Of a DNA stretch of 64,000 nucleotides, positions 16,615 to 27,142 are shown one piece after another; position 1 is the first letter of the stretch, and every line of letters starts with the position of its first letter. Position numbers and translations under genes: made by a program. Origin of the DNA: Candidatus Nomurabacteria bacterium. GTDB taxonomy: Bacteria; Patescibacteriota; Minisyncoccia; Phycocordibacterales; UBA9973. The notes beneath the pieces are model-generated. The model saw nothing but the letters and a program-made list of their open reading frames with translations, searched no databases and was not told the DNA's origin. The stretch lies in assembly GCA_016699365.1 (NCBI GenBank), contig CP064973.1, positions 237,684-301,683 on the forward strand, in the 5' to 3' direction.

Positions 16615-19128
16615 TTGCTAAATATGAATAAACTCCATATAAATCATAAAAAAAGAAGTATTTTATTTATAACCGCGACATTTTTTGTGCTCTTTTGTTC
16701 TATTGGAGCGATTTGGCTTTCTAGTATAGAGTTACCAGACTTTAAGTCTTTTGAGGAGCGTAAAATTGCTCGATCTACAAAGATATATGACAGAACCGGT
16801 GAAATTCTATTATATGACGTACACCAAGACTTTAGACGAACTGTTATACCTTATGAACAGATGGGTGAGAATGTAAAAAACGCAACTATAGCAATAGAAG
16901 ACTCTTCTTTTTATGAACACAATGGAATTAGACCTACATCTATTATTAGAGCAGTTATTGCTAATATTTTTAGTGGAAATTTTTCACAAGGAGGTTCTAC
17001 TATAACCCAACAGGTAATAAAAAATACTTTACTTACAACAGAAAAGACAATAACTAGAAAATTCAAAGAATGGATTTTGGCTATAAAACTCGACGGGGTT
17101 ATGAGTAAAGATGAAATATTGGCTGTTTATCTAAATGATGCTCCTTATGGGGGAAGTATTTATGGAGTACAAGAAGCTTCAAAAACGTTTTTTAATAAAA
17201 ATCCTATAGATCTTACATTGGCAGAAGCTGCTTATTTGGCTGCAATACCAAAAGCACCTACTTATTATTCACCTTTTGGACAACATAGAGATAAATTAGA
17301 TGCTAGAAAAAATACTGTTCTTTCTAGAATGTTGGAAATAGGAATGATAGATGAGACTGCTTATCAAACAGCAAAAGAAGAAGTCGTTGAATTTAAAATA
17401 TCAGAAGGTAAGGGTATAAAAGCACCTCATTTTGTGTTTTTTATAAAAGAATATTTAGAAGAACAATATGGACAAGATATTGTAGAAAATGGAGGCTTAA
17501 AAGTTATTACTACACTAGATTATTCTCTACAAGAACAAGCCGAGGAGATTGTTAAGAGAAATGCTCTAAAAAATGAAATTGATTGGAATGCTAGTAATGC
17601 GAGTATGGTTGCAATAGATCCCAAAACAGGCCAAATACTGGTTATGGTTGGCTCAAGAGATTATTTTGATAAAGAAATAGATGGGAATTTTAATATAGCT
17701 ACAGCACAAAGACAGCCAGGGTCATCATTTAAACCTTTTGTGTATGCAACAGCATTAAAAGAGGGATATACAGCAAATACAGTTCTTTTTGATGTCCCAA
17801 CTGAATTCCAAGGTGGTTGTAATGCATACGGAGTTGCTTTATCTGGAAATAGTCAGTCAGATTGTTACAGCCCGGACAACTATGATGGTAAATATGTTGG
17901 GCCTATAAATCTTAGAAATTCACTTGGTCAATCAAGAAACGTTACCTCTGTTAAGCTTTTGTATTTAGCGGGCGTACAAGACTCTATAACAACAGCTAGA
18001 ACTATGGGTATAACAACACTCACAAATGCTAGTGTTTATGGCTTAACGCTCGTACTGGGAGGCGGAGAGGTTAGTTTACTTGATATGGTCTCAAGTTATG
18101 GAGTTTTTGCAAATGAAGGTATTAGAAACCCTTACAATGGAATATTGAAAATAGAAGATCATGATGGGCAGGTTTTAGAAGAATTCAAAGAAAACCCAAC
18201 AAGTGCGCTTGATAGTAATGTAGCACTTACTATTTCAGACATATTGGCAGATAATGTTGCAAGAACACCTCTTTTTGGCTCAAATTCATTTATGGTATTC
18301 CCTGGTTATGAAGTAGCAGCAAAAACAGGTACCACAAATAACAATAAAGACGCATGGTTAGTTGGATACACACCTTCTATAGTTGTTGGTGTATGGTCTG
18401 GAAACAACGACAACACTCCTATGAAAAAAGGATCTTCTATATCTGGTCCAATGTGGCATGAATTTATGAATATAGCTTTAAAAGCTATTCCTCAAGAAGA
18501 TTTTGAAAAACCTATAATCGAAAATGACCCTAGTGTATTGAAACCAATACTTAGAGGTGAGTGGATGGGTGGAGAAAGTTATACAATCGACACTATATCA
18601 GGTAAATTAGCTACAGAATTTACACCCCAAGAAACAAGAAAAGAACTTGTAGTTACAAATGTTCACGATATATTACACTGGGTAAATAAAACTAATCCTA
18701 GAGGACCTATACCAGAAAATCCTAGTGATGATTCACAATACATACGCTGGGAAACAACAGTGCAAGATTGGTGGATAAAAAACAAATATTTATATAACAG
18801 TGTTTCTATAGATGAAATACCTACAACCTATGACAATATACATACAGAAAAAAATATTCCTGAAGCATCTTTTATAAATCCTAAAAATGGTGTTCAATAT
18901 TCTCAAACACTACCTTTAAGTGTAGGTTTGGATTATAAAGGAAATTATTCTTTTCAGAAATTTGATATTTTTATAGATAATATATTTTTAGGATCTAGTA
19001 CTACAAAAGATTTTACATTTATACCTTCAGAAAATAATATCTCAAAAGGAAATCACAATTTAAGAGTAGTTGTTTATGATACTGTTTACAATAAACAAGA
19101 TTTATCTATTTCTTTAGATATAAATTAG
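16615..19128 (+). CDS. class A penicillin-binding protein (PBP1A; transglycosylase plus transpeptidase)
   Basis: N-terminal TM. GT51 motif IEDSSFYEHNGI. Transpeptidase SSFKP and KTGT motifs. Confidence 0.85.
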   Translation: MLNMNKLHINHKKRSILFITATFFVLFCSIGAIWLSSIELPDFKSFEERKIARSTKIYDRTGEILLYDVHQDFRRTVIPYEQMGENVKNATIAIEDSSFYEHNGIRPTSIIRAVIANIFSGNFSQGGSTITQQVIKNTLLTTEKTITRKFKEWILAIKLDGVMSKDEILAVYLNDAPYGGSIYGVQEASKTFFNKNPIDLTLAEAAYLAAIPKAPTYYSPFGQHRDKLDARKNTVLSRMLEIGMIDETAYQTAKEEVVEFKISEGKGIKAPHFVFFIKEYLEEQYGQDIVENGGLKVITTLDYSLQEQAEEIVKRNALKNEIDWNASNASMVAIDPKTGQILVMVGSRDYFDKEIDGNFNIATAQRQPGSSFKPFVYATALKEGYTANTVLFDVPTEFQGGCNAYGVALSGNSQSDCYSPDNYDGKYVGPINLRNSLGQSRNVTSVKLLYLAGVQDSITTARTMGITTLTNASVYGLTLVLGGGEVSLLDMVSSYGVFANEGIRNPYNGILKIEDHDGQVLEEFKENPTSALDSNVALTISDILADNVARTPLFGSNSFMVFPGYEVAAKTGTTNNNKDAWLVGYTPSIVVGVWSGNNDNTPMKKGSSISGPMWHEFMNIALKAIPQEDFEKPIIENDPSVLKPILRGEWMGGESYTIDTISGKLATEFTPQETRKELVVTNVHDILHWVNKTNPRGPIPENPSDDSQYIRWETTVQDWWIKNKYLYNSVSIDEIPTTYDNIHTEKNIPEASFINPKNGVQYSQTLPLSVGLDYKGNYSFQKFDIFIDNIFLGSSTTKDFTFIPSENNISKGNHNLRVVVYDTVYNKQDLSISLDIN

Positions 19129-19385
19129 TTTATATCTAAAACTTCAATTTTGTAATTCAAATCTTTAATATTAGATAGTATTTTATCTTTTTTTATTAAA
19201 ATTTCTTGTTTTCTAATAGGGTTTGTCTTAATAAATAAAATTTTGTTTTTTATACTTATTTTCTTTTCAGATATTTCAATACCTGTATTTTCTTTAATTA
19301 TATTAGATATGTTTAATAAAAAAGCATTGTGTGCTACAGCTGGTCCTAGTCTTTTTAATAAAAAATCTCCAATATTATTGAACAT
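19125..19385 (-). CDS. DUF721/DciA-like small protein downstream of dnaN
   Basis: 86 aa; the pattern ...ISIKNKILFIKTNPIRKQEILIKKDKILSNI resembles the DUF721 C-terminal region. Positioned immediately after dnaN. Confidence 0.4.
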   Translation of the reverse strand: MFNNIGDFLLKRLGPAVAHNAFLLNISNIIKENTGIEISEKKISIKNKILFIKTNPIRKQEILIKKDKILSNIKDLNYKIEVLDIN

Positions 19386-19386
19386 T

Positions 19387-20484
19387 TTATCTATTCATAG
19401 GCATAACTAAATATATAAATGTTTGATCACTACCACCTTTTATAATAAGAGGTTTATTGGTTCCATTGAATTTCAAAGTTATACTATCTTGGTTTATAGA
19501 TTGAAAACAATCAATAATATATCTGTAATTAAAACTCATAGAAATTGATTCACCTTCTATAGTCGCATCAATTTTAGTTTTATTTTCTCCTATATCATTA
19601 TTTCTAGCATTCAATTCACATATTTTATTTTTAGGATCTATATTGAAAGTTATTTGATTAAATTTATCAGAAAAAATATTTGATATTTTTAAAGCATTTA
19701 GGAAATCTTGTCTCAATAAAACAACTTCTGTTGTAAAGTTTTTTGGAATTATTTGTTTATAATCTGGGAAAACACCATCTATTATTCTTGAGGTTATATA
19801 AATACCATCAAAAATAAAAGATATTTGATTTTTACTAATAACACATTCTACATCCTCGTTTGTAGTCTCAAGTATTCGCACTATTTCATTTATATTCTTA
19901 AAAGGTATAAGAATTGGGGAAAAATCTGTACTATGTTTTGATTTTATCTTTTTTTCTGCAAGTCTGAATGAGTCTGTGGCAACAAAAACTAAATTTTCAT
20001 CCTCAGAATATATATAAACACTAGCCATTTCAGGTTTTATATCAGATGTTGAACAACTATAAACAACAGCTTTTATACCTTCAACTATTTTCTTTGAATT
20101 TAAAGTGTGTTTATCCCCAGAAACAACAGGTATTGTTGGAAAATCCTCATATGAGCTAGATTTAATCAATAATTGGTTATTTTTAGTTATTATTACCAAA
20201 TTATCATTTTCTTGTTTTAGTTCTATATCTTCATTGTCTGAAACTGTTGAGAAAATCTGCGATAAAACATCACCTCTTACAGCTACAACACCTTCTTTGT
20301 TAACCTTTACAGGAATATCAACCTCTATACCTAAACTTAGGTTTGTTGATCTAAACTTAAGTGTTTTACCAGAAGCAATTATAAGAATAGAACTTAAAAT
20401 AGGTAAAGTTAGATTTTTACCTGTAATTCTCTCTGTTAATTGGATTGCTTGTTTTATTCTTTTTGCACTAGTAGTTATATTCAT
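19387..20484 (-). CDS. dnaN: DNA polymerase III beta sliding clamp
   Basis: 365 aa; three-domain clamp length; adjacent to dnaA. Confidence 0.85.
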   Translation of the reverse strand: MNITTSAKRIKQAIQLTERITGKNLTLPILSSILIIASGKTLKFRSTNLSLGIEVDIPVKVNKEGVVAVRGDVLSQIFSTVSDNEDIELKQENDNLVIITKNNQLLIKSSSYEDFPTIPVVSGDKHTLNSKKIVEGIKAVVYSCSTSDIKPEMASVYIYSEDENLVFVATDSFRLAEKKIKSKHSTDFSPILIPFKNINEIVRILETTNEDVECVISKNQISFIFDGIYITSRIIDGVFPDYKQIIPKNFTTEVVLLRQDFLNALKISNIFSDKFNQITFNIDPKNKICELNARNNDIGENKTKIDATIEGESISMSFNYRYIIDCFQSINQDSITLKFNGTNKPLIIKGGSDQTFIYLVMPMNR

Positions 20485-20693
20485 AGTATTTTTTATTTAT
20501 TTAATTAAATACTTATATTAGTCCTGTGGATATGTGGATATCTATGTTTTATGTTGGTATATAAAGTAATTTTGAATTTATTTATTATATTTTTAAGTTA
20601 ATTTAAATTCATTTAATTTTATATCTAACAATAAACTAAACTTTATATATACTTATTAATTATTTATGTACACATTTCAGATAGTTATTAACA
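20485..20693. promoter_or_regulatory. candidate oriC: overlapping DnaA-box-like 9-mers plus AT-rich unwinding region between dnaA and dnaN
   Basis: TGTGGATATGTGGATAT at 20525-20541 (two 8/9 matches to TGTGGATAA), followed by a roughly 130 bp tract with almost no G/C (20560-20690). Confidence 0.5.
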
Positions 20694-22040
20694 TTATTTA
20701 AACATAACTCTTATCTGTTCTAATTCTTGTACAAGAGTTTGGTTTGTTTTTAAATCTTCTTTTATCTTCAAGAATGAATGTATAACTGTTGTATGATCCT
20801 TACCGCCCAATTTTTGACCTATTAGAGGATATGAAACATTAAAATCCTCACGAAGAAGATACATTATCATCTGTCTGGTTTTAACAATCTCTTTTCTGCG
20901 TGTTTTTTCATAAACTGTAGCTTCATCTATATTGTAAAATTGAGTAACAATCTTAACTACTTCATCTATAGAAACACTTTTCTTAGGTCTAATGTTGTTT
21001 TTTATTAGATTTTTAGCTTCTGTTAATGAAATCTCTTTATTTTTCAACCTAGTTTGACAAACAATAGCGTTCAAACTTCCTTCAAGTTCTCGAATAGATC
21101 CATTTATAGATGAAGCTATAAAATCTACAACATCGTCATTTATAGGAACACCCTGATCTCTTACCTTGGCTTTAAGTATAGCTAGTCTTGCTTCATATTC
21201 TGGCTCACCTATATCAATAATCATTCCAGCTTGGAATCTAGACTTCATACGATCTTCTAGACCAGGAATATAGTTTGGATGTTTATCTGAAGAAAATATT
21301 ATTTGTTTATTGTTCTCGTAGAAAGTGTTAAAAGTGTGGAAAAGCTCTTCTTGGGTCTTTTCCATCTTCCCTACAAACTGAATATCATCAATTATTAAAA
21401 CATCATACTTCCTATATTTCTCTTTGAAAGAGTTTGCTTTATTTGTTTGAAAAGAAGTTATTAAATCTGTGGCAAATTTTTCAAGGGTTATGTAATGTAC
21501 TCTTTTTTCAGGGTATTTTGTCTTTATTGTGTTCCCTATTGCTTGAATTAAGTGTGTTTTACCAAGCCCTGTTCCTCCATATACGAAAAATGGGTTATAA
21601 CTTGTTCCTGGTTTACTTACAATAGCTTGTGAAGCAGCAAAAGCTAATTCATTGAAACCTCCAACTATAAAACCATCGAATATATACCTAGGGTTTAAAT
21701 TATCCTCTTTGTTTATATAAAGATCTGCTAAAGGCAATTCTTTATTTAACATAGATTTTTGTTCAACCTCTTCTATTTTTTGTCTTATATCGTGTTTTAC
21801 TATTACAAATTCAACACCTCGAACATGTTCGGAGTGATTCATAAGAGTTTTTAATATCAATTTATGGTATTTATTGAAAAGCCAATCTTTAACAAATTCA
21901 TTAGGTACTCCAACATAAGCAGTTCCCGAATCTTGTTTAGTAATAGAAGTATTTTTAAACCAAGTGCTGAAATTAGCCCTAGAAACAGACTGTTCAATCT
22001 CAGATAGGCATGTTTCCCAAAGTTGTTTATTTTCTCCCAT
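20694..22040 (-). CDS. dnaA: chromosomal replication initiator DnaA
   Basis: 448 aa; AAA+ Walker A GGTGLGKTHL; C-terminal DNA-binding domain (helix-turn-helix with KTRRKEIV..RQ..MYL). Confidence 0.9.
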   Translation of the reverse strand: MGENKQLWETCLSEIEQSVSRANFSTWFKNTSITKQDSGTAYVGVPNEFVKDWLFNKYHKLILKTLMNHSEHVRGVEFVIVKHDIRQKIEEVEQKSMLNKELPLADLYINKEDNLNPRYIFDGFIVGGFNELAFAASQAIVSKPGTSYNPFFVYGGTGLGKTHLIQAIGNTIKTKYPEKRVHYITLEKFATDLITSFQTNKANSFKEKYRKYDVLIIDDIQFVGKMEKTQEELFHTFNTFYENNKQIIFSSDKHPNYIPGLEDRMKSRFQAGMIIDIGEPEYEARLAILKAKVRDQGVPINDDVVDFIASSINGSIRELEGSLNAIVCQTRLKNKEISLTEAKNLIKNNIRPKKSVSIDEVVKIVTQFYNIDEATVYEKTRRKEIVKTRQMIMYLLREDFNVSYPLIGQKLGGKDHTTVIHSFLKIKEDLKTNQTLVQELEQIRVMFK

Positions 22041-22186
22041 ATGTTTAGTTAGTCTATTATAGTCTACAGATACATAATAAAAAGCCCTTAAATAAAACTA
22101 GAATTGTGTATAAACTGTTAATAATATCTAATAAAAAATAAAACAGATTCTTGCCGAAAAAAGCCTTTTAATGTATGATGCAAGGC

Positions 22187-22321
22187 ATGTCACAAACATA
22201 CCAACCAAAGAAGAAAAAGAGAGCCAAAACTCACGGTTTTCGAAACAGAATAAAGTCAAAAAACGGTAAAAAAATACTTACCCGAAGACGTCAAAAAGGC
22301 AGAGCAAAGCTAACTGTATAG
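22187..22321 (+). CDS. rpmH: 50S ribosomal protein L34
   Basis: 44 aa [44 protein letters not shown]. Below the ORF-track length cutoff. Confidence 0.85.
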   Translation: MSQTYQPKKKKRAKTHGFRNRIKSKNGKKILTRRRQKGRAKLTV

Positions 22322-22326
22322 TAGTA

Positions 22327-22656
22327 ATGTTTCCTAAATCCCAAAAGATTTCAAAAAAATCCCCTATTTTCAAGGAAAAATCAGGTTTTTTTGGTCTTTA
22401 TAATAGAATTACTATCAAAAATAGCCTTAATTTAAAGGCCAAAATAGCTATTGTTGTATCTAAAAAGGTTTTAAATAAAGCTGTAGACAGAAATAGATTA
22501 AAAAGAATAATATATCACTATTTAAGGCCTAAAAATAAGGATATTTCTAATAAAGAGATCGTTATTTTCATAAAAGGCCCAATACCAGAAAAACCTAGTG
22601 TTTTACTAGAAGATATAGAAAAAACCCTTATAAATGCACTTAAAAAAGCAAAATAA
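22327..22656 (+). CDS. rnpA: RNase P protein component
   Basis: 109 aa basic protein; RNR motif region [17 protein letters not shown]; follows rpmH. Confidence 0.7.
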   Translation: MFPKSQKISKKSPIFKEKSGFFGLYNRITIKNSLNLKAKIAIVVSKKVLNKAVDRNRLKRIIYHYLRPKNKDISNKEIVIFIKGPIPEKPSVLLEDIEKTLINALKKAK

Positions 22657-22894
22657 AGATAGAATTATCAATATAATTATTGATTTTTATCAAAAATATA
22701 TATCCCCCGACACTGGCTTACCTCATAAAATAGGCTTAATAAATAGACCTGTATGTGTTTTTAGCCCTACTTGCTCAGAATATACAAGAATAGCAATTAT
22801 TAAACATGGTCTGGTAAAAGGCTCTTTTCTAGGCCTAAAACGTATACTACGTTGTCATCCTTGGCAAAAAAAACACTTTGATCCAGTTCCATAA
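22634..22894 (+). CDS. yidD: membrane protein insertion efficiency factor YidD
   Basis: FYQKYISP...[10 protein letters not shown]...[10 protein letters not shown] matches the YidD signature. Confidence 0.7.
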   Translation: MHLKKQNKDRIINIIIDFYQKYISPDTGLPHKIGLINRPVCVFSPTCSEYTRIAIIKHGLVKGSFLGLKRILRCHPWQKKHFDPVP

Positions 22895-22933
22895 ATAGAT
22901 TGCAATTTCAGTGTTTATATATACAATTGACTA

Positions 22934-23665
22934 ATGCTATCAAATATTTGGACAACTATATTTTACGAGCCGTTATATAACGCACTCGTATTTTTTACAG
23001 GCACTTTCGGAGGTATAGGACTTGCTGTTATAACTCTTACTCTAATAGTAAAGATTATAATGTTCCCTCTTACAAAAAAATCTATATTAAGCCAAGCAAA
23101 AATATATGCACTAAATGACGATATAGAAAAAATAAAGAAAGACTATCCAGATAAAACAGAACAGTCTAAAAAAACACTAGAATTATATAAAAAAAACAAT
23201 GTAAACCCATTTTCTAGTTGTTTGGTTATATTAATACAATTACCTATAATCATAGCTCTATACCAAGTATTTCTAAGAGGGATAGAATCTAGTACTGGGG
23301 TTCTATATTCTTTTGTTCATATACCAGAAAACCTATCAACTATGTTTTTAGGTATAAATCTAGAAGAAAAAAGTATTATATTTGCAGTTCTTGCTGGTAT
23401 TACACAATTTATACAAATGAAAATTAGCACATCTATGATAAAACCAGCGGATCCAAATGATGTTTCTTTTAAAGGTCAATTAGCAAAAAGTATGCAATTT
23501 CAAATGAAATACATATTACCATTCTTCATAACCTTTGTGGCCTACAGTGTTTCTGCTGCAATAGCTCTATATTGGGTTGCTAGTAATATTATTACAATAA
23601 TTCAAGAGCTTATAATTAGATCAAGGGCTGGTTTGATAAAAAAAGAAGATCTTTTGAAGATATAA
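22934..23665 (+). CDS. yidC: YidC/Oxa1-family membrane insertase (short form)
   Basis: 243 aa, 5 TM; conserved position after yidD. Confidence 0.8.
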   Translation: MLSNIWTTIFYEPLYNALVFFTGTFGGIGLAVITLTLIVKIIMFPLTKKSILSQAKIYALNDDIEKIKKDYPDKTEQSKKTLELYKKNNVNPFSSCLVILIQLPIIIALYQVFLRGIESSTGVLYSFVHIPENLSTMFLGINLEEKSIIFAVLAGITQFIQMKISTSMIKPADPNDVSFKGQLAKSMQFQMKYILPFFITFVAYSVSAAIALYWVASNIITIIQELIIRSRAGLIKKEDLLKI

Positions 23666-23667
23666 AA

Positions 23668-24138
23668 ATGAAACCGGATGATTTAAAAAAAATAATAGGA
23701 GAAATTATAGAATTAATAAACATCCCTTTTGATGAAGTAGATTTTTATTTAGATGAAGAATCTGGGGTTTATTGGTTTAAGATAAAAACCAAAGAATCTA
23801 AGCTTTTAATAGGTAAAGATGGTGAAACTCTAAAGGCTATAAACTATCTTTTCAGAAAGATTGTGGAATCTAAAAATCCAGAAAATATACAGTTTTTAAA
23901 TGTTCTAATAGATGTCAATGATTATCAAAAGAACAGAATAGAAAACATAAAAACAATAGCTCATATGATGGCAGAAAGGGCAAGATATTTTAAATCAAGC
24001 GTAGAAATAGACCCAATGAGCTCTTTTGACAGAAGAATAATACATACATTTTTAGAAAATAAATCAGATATAAAAACAGAATCTACTGGAACCGGACTGA
24101 ATAGAAGAGTTGTAATAAAATACGTAGGAAATATATAA
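23668..24138 (+). CDS. jag: Jag/KhpB-like RNA-binding protein (KH plus R3H)
   Basis: 156 aa; C-terminal R3H-like motif RRIIHTFLEN; conserved position after yidC. Confidence 0.7.
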   Translation: MKPDDLKKIIGEIIELINIPFDEVDFYLDEESGVYWFKIKTKESKLLIGKDGETLKAINYLFRKIVESKNPENIQFLNVLIDVNDYQKNRIENIKTIAHMMAERARYFKSSVEIDPMSSFDRRIIHTFLENKSDIKTESTGTGLNRRVVIKYVGNI

Positions 24139-24163
24139 CATAAAACACCGATCTGTCGGTGTT

Positions 24164-25693
24164 TTATGTTATTCTTGGGCGATATTGTATCGCTTCTAAT
24201 ATATGTTTACTATCAATTTTTTCACTATCATCTAAATCTGCAATAGTACGAGCAAGTTTTAAAACCCTGTGATACGCGCGGGCGGATAAATTTAATTTAC
24301 TTGCCGCTTGATTTAAAATACCCTCAACATCTTTTTCTAAAGAAATATATTTTGATATATCCTTAGCTCCCATGTCAGAATTTCTGTTTATCTTTTCATT
24401 CTCCCCACTAAACCTAACAAACTGCTTTTTATAAGCTTTTTCTACCCTATTACGAACAGATTCTGTATTTTCGGATAAATCATTTTTACTATTTAATTTA
24501 TCGTATTCAATACTTCCAACTTCAACCCAAATATCAATACGATCCATTATTGGTCCAGATAATTTTCTTTGATACCTGGCTATATCCCCCGCCGTGCAAA
24601 CACACTCTTTATTTTTTGATCCTCTGAAACCACAAGGGCAAGGATTCATTGCTGCAATAAGTATAAAATTTGAAGGGAAAATAGCGGTTCCTTTTGCTCT
24701 AGATATTGAAACAAAATTATCTTCAAGTGGCTGTCTCAATGATTCTATGACTCTTTTATCAAACTCTGGAAATTCATCCAAAAAAAGAACCCCTCTGTGT
24801 GACAGTGTTACTTCGCCTGGTTTAGGTGTAGCTCCCCCACCAATAACTGAAACATAAGAAGATGTGTGGTGAGGTGATCTAAAAGGGGCTTTTGTTATAA
24901 CAGGTGTTTTTAGATTTCCTGCAATTGAATATATGCTAGTTATTTCTAGTGCTTCGTTTTTTGAAAGACTCGGTAATAATGATCTAAAAGCTCTGGCAAG
25001 CATTGTTTTTCCGGTTCCTGGTGGTCCATACATAGCTATATTGTGCCCTCCACTAGCTGCAATCTCCAGTCCTCTTTTCGCACTTTCTTGACCTTTTATA
25101 TCTGCAAGATCAACAGAAGATTCATCATTTATATCCTCTATCGGAGTAATAGGTTCTTTTATTATGGATACGTTTTTATCTGTAAGGTGTGTAATCAGTT
25201 CTTTCAATGTAGAAACCCCATAAATATCAATACCTTCTATTAGAGCTGCTTCTTTTGCATTTTCTTTTGGAACATAAAGCTCTTCAAAACCTTCAGATTT
25301 GGCCAACATAACCAAAGGTAAAACACCTCTAATAGGTAAAACATCCCCATTTAAAGATAATTCTCCTAGAAATATTTTTTTATCAACATTAAATGATATA
25401 TCCTCACTCGCCAAAAGATATCCAAGAGATATAGCAACATCAAAAAAAGAGCCCTCTTTCTTTGTATCTGCAGGAGAAAGAGAAACGACAATTTTTTGAT
25501 TTTTGCTTTTAGGAGATGTAAAACCAGAGTTTTTTATAGCAGAACTTACTCTGTCTCTAGCTTCTTCGACTGCCTTGTCAGGTAGTCCTACAATTGAAAA
25601 AGCATGTAAGCCACTTGAAATATCAACTTCTACATTTACAAGCTGACCTTTTAGTAGATTTATTTGTGCTGTATATACACGCGCAAAGGACAT
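24164..25693 (-). CDS. comM: YifB/ComM-family Mg-chelatase-like AAA+ ATPase
   Basis: 509 aa; Lon-like N-domain; Walker A GPPGTGKTM; C4 zinc motif CPCG...C.C. Confidence 0.85.
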   Translation of the reverse strand: MSFARVYTAQINLLKGQLVNVEVDISSGLHAFSIVGLPDKAVEEARDRVSSAIKNSGFTSPKSKNQKIVVSLSPADTKKEGSFFDVAISLGYLLASEDISFNVDKKIFLGELSLNGDVLPIRGVLPLVMLAKSEGFEELYVPKENAKEAALIEGIDIYGVSTLKELITHLTDKNVSIIKEPITPIEDINDESSVDLADIKGQESAKRGLEIAASGGHNIAMYGPPGTGKTMLARAFRSLLPSLSKNEALEITSIYSIAGNLKTPVITKAPFRSPHHTSSYVSVIGGGATPKPGEVTLSHRGVLFLDEFPEFDKRVIESLRQPLEDNFVSISRAKGTAIFPSNFILIAAMNPCPCGFRGSKNKECVCTAGDIARYQRKLSGPIMDRIDIWVEVGSIEYDKLNSKNDLSENTESVRNRVEKAYKKQFVRFSGENEKINRNSDMGAKDISKYISLEKDVEGILNQAASKLNLSARAYHRVLKLARTIADLDDSEKIDSKHILEAIQYRPRIT

Positions 25694-25758
25694 TTATTAA
25701 TTTTAAAATCATTTTTTAAAAAAGTAAACAAAAAAACGCGATATATCGCGTTTTTTTG

Positions 25759-26118
25759 TTAGTTATTTATGTGTTTTATACAAGTTGGAGCAGCTGCGTT
25801 TGCTTCTAATCTTTCTTTTTCTATATCTTCTCCACAAACTTCACATTTACCAAAACTACTTTTCCCGATTTTACCCAATGCATCCTCAACATCATGTAGG
25901 CGATTTTTCAACGTATTCACCAAAGCTGTTTTTTCTTCATAATCCTCAGTCCTGTCAGCTCTGTCGTTTTCATCTGCTTCAGGTACTGATTCTTCTGGAA
26001 TCGCGTCCCAGTCATTTGTTTCAGGGTTTCTAATAGCACCTAGTCCCTTTAATTCGCCCAATAAATTTGCTTGTTCGCCCTCTAGTTTTTCTTTAAAATA
26101 TTTCATATCTATTTTCAT
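25759..26118 (-). CDS. DksA/TraR-family C4 zinc-finger protein
   Basis: 119 aa; C-terminal CEVCGEDI...CIKH four-Cys finger; acidic coiled-coil N-terminus. Confidence 0.6.
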   Translation of the reverse strand: MKIDMKYFKEKLEGEQANLLGELKGLGAIRNPETNDWDAIPEESVPEADENDRADRTEDYEEKTALVNTLKNRLHDVEDALGKIGKSSFGKCEVCGEDIEKERLEANAAAPTCIKHINN

Positions 26119-26161
26119 TGTGAACGTATAATAACATGCTTAAATTTAATAGTAAATCAAC

Positions 26162-27073
26162 CTATTTTCCAAATCCAGCATCCAGTCTATTTATAATCTC
26201 CGTTACTGTTTCTACAGATTCTGTTATAAGAATTGAATCGGTGTTTATAAATACATACATAAGCACAGGTTTTCTATCTTTATCATACAAAACCCTGGCA
26301 TCTCTATTTTCGATTACAATGTCATTAAACTTTTCAGAAAAAAGATAATTATTTTCTCCGCTTGGTGTTATGCCAAGTATTCCATAAAAATTATCAAACA
26401 TTTTATTCTCCCACTCAAGCATTCCTGCCAGCGCAGTTTCTCTAGATGTTGTTTTTAATATCAAGAAGAACTCACTTTCTGTTTCTCGGGTATGTATCCC
26501 AAACATATAACTGTTTGTTAGTGCTCTAATAAAATACCCTTCCACATCTCCTTCCATTTTTTTTATTAACTCTTCTATTGTTATAAGTCTGCTCCCAGTA
26601 TCTGTAGGATTTGTGAATATTATATTAACAATACCATTCACCCTGTCGCGCTCTTTTAGAACAGATATAGAATCAGAAAATTGTTTTGAAGTTAAAACAT
26701 CTTCCACCCTCACTTCTTCTGTTGATTCAGAAACTATTATAGATTGAATAACTGGTTTTTTGTCTACAACAACAACCTCGTTCTTTTTACTTAAAAATGC
26801 ATAAAATACAATACCTACTCCAAGAAGTATCATTAGCACACTTCCTATTATTAAACCTCGGTTTTTTTTAGACACTGGAGAAATATTTTCAAAATCAGAT
26901 TCTTTCTTTTTATGTTCAGCCATGGCTATCTTTATTACCGAACCCTGTTGGTCGTTTAAAGCTTTTGCCATATCGCTCGCATATGTCCTTATTGTTTTTA
27001 GGTCAGAATAAGAACCTGTTTGTGCAGGGTCTTTACTCAACTCCTTTTTTATTTCGAGTGGATTTATTTCCAT
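26162..27073 (-). CDS. hypothetical single-pass membrane protein
   Basis: 303 aa; one TM segment (residues about 75-98); no recognised motifs. Confidence 0.4.
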   Translation of the reverse strand: MEINPLEIKKELSKDPAQTGSYSDLKTIRTYASDMAKALNDQQGSVIKIAMAEHKKKESDFENISPVSKKNRGLIIGSVLMILLGVGIVFYAFLSKKNEVVVVDKKPVIQSIIVSESTEEVRVEDVLTSKQFSDSISVLKERDRVNGIVNIIFTNPTDTGSRLITIEELIKKMEGDVEGYFIRALTNSYMFGIHTRETESEFFLILKTTSRETALAGMLEWENKMFDNFYGILGITPSGENNYLFSEKFNDIVIENRDARVLYDKDRKPVLMYVFINTDSILITESVETVTEIINRLDAGFGK

Positions 27074-27142
27074 TTACCTAATAGTATCTTATTTTATTCA
27101 ATTTAAAAACCAGATAATTTATCTGGTTTTTAAATTGATTAG

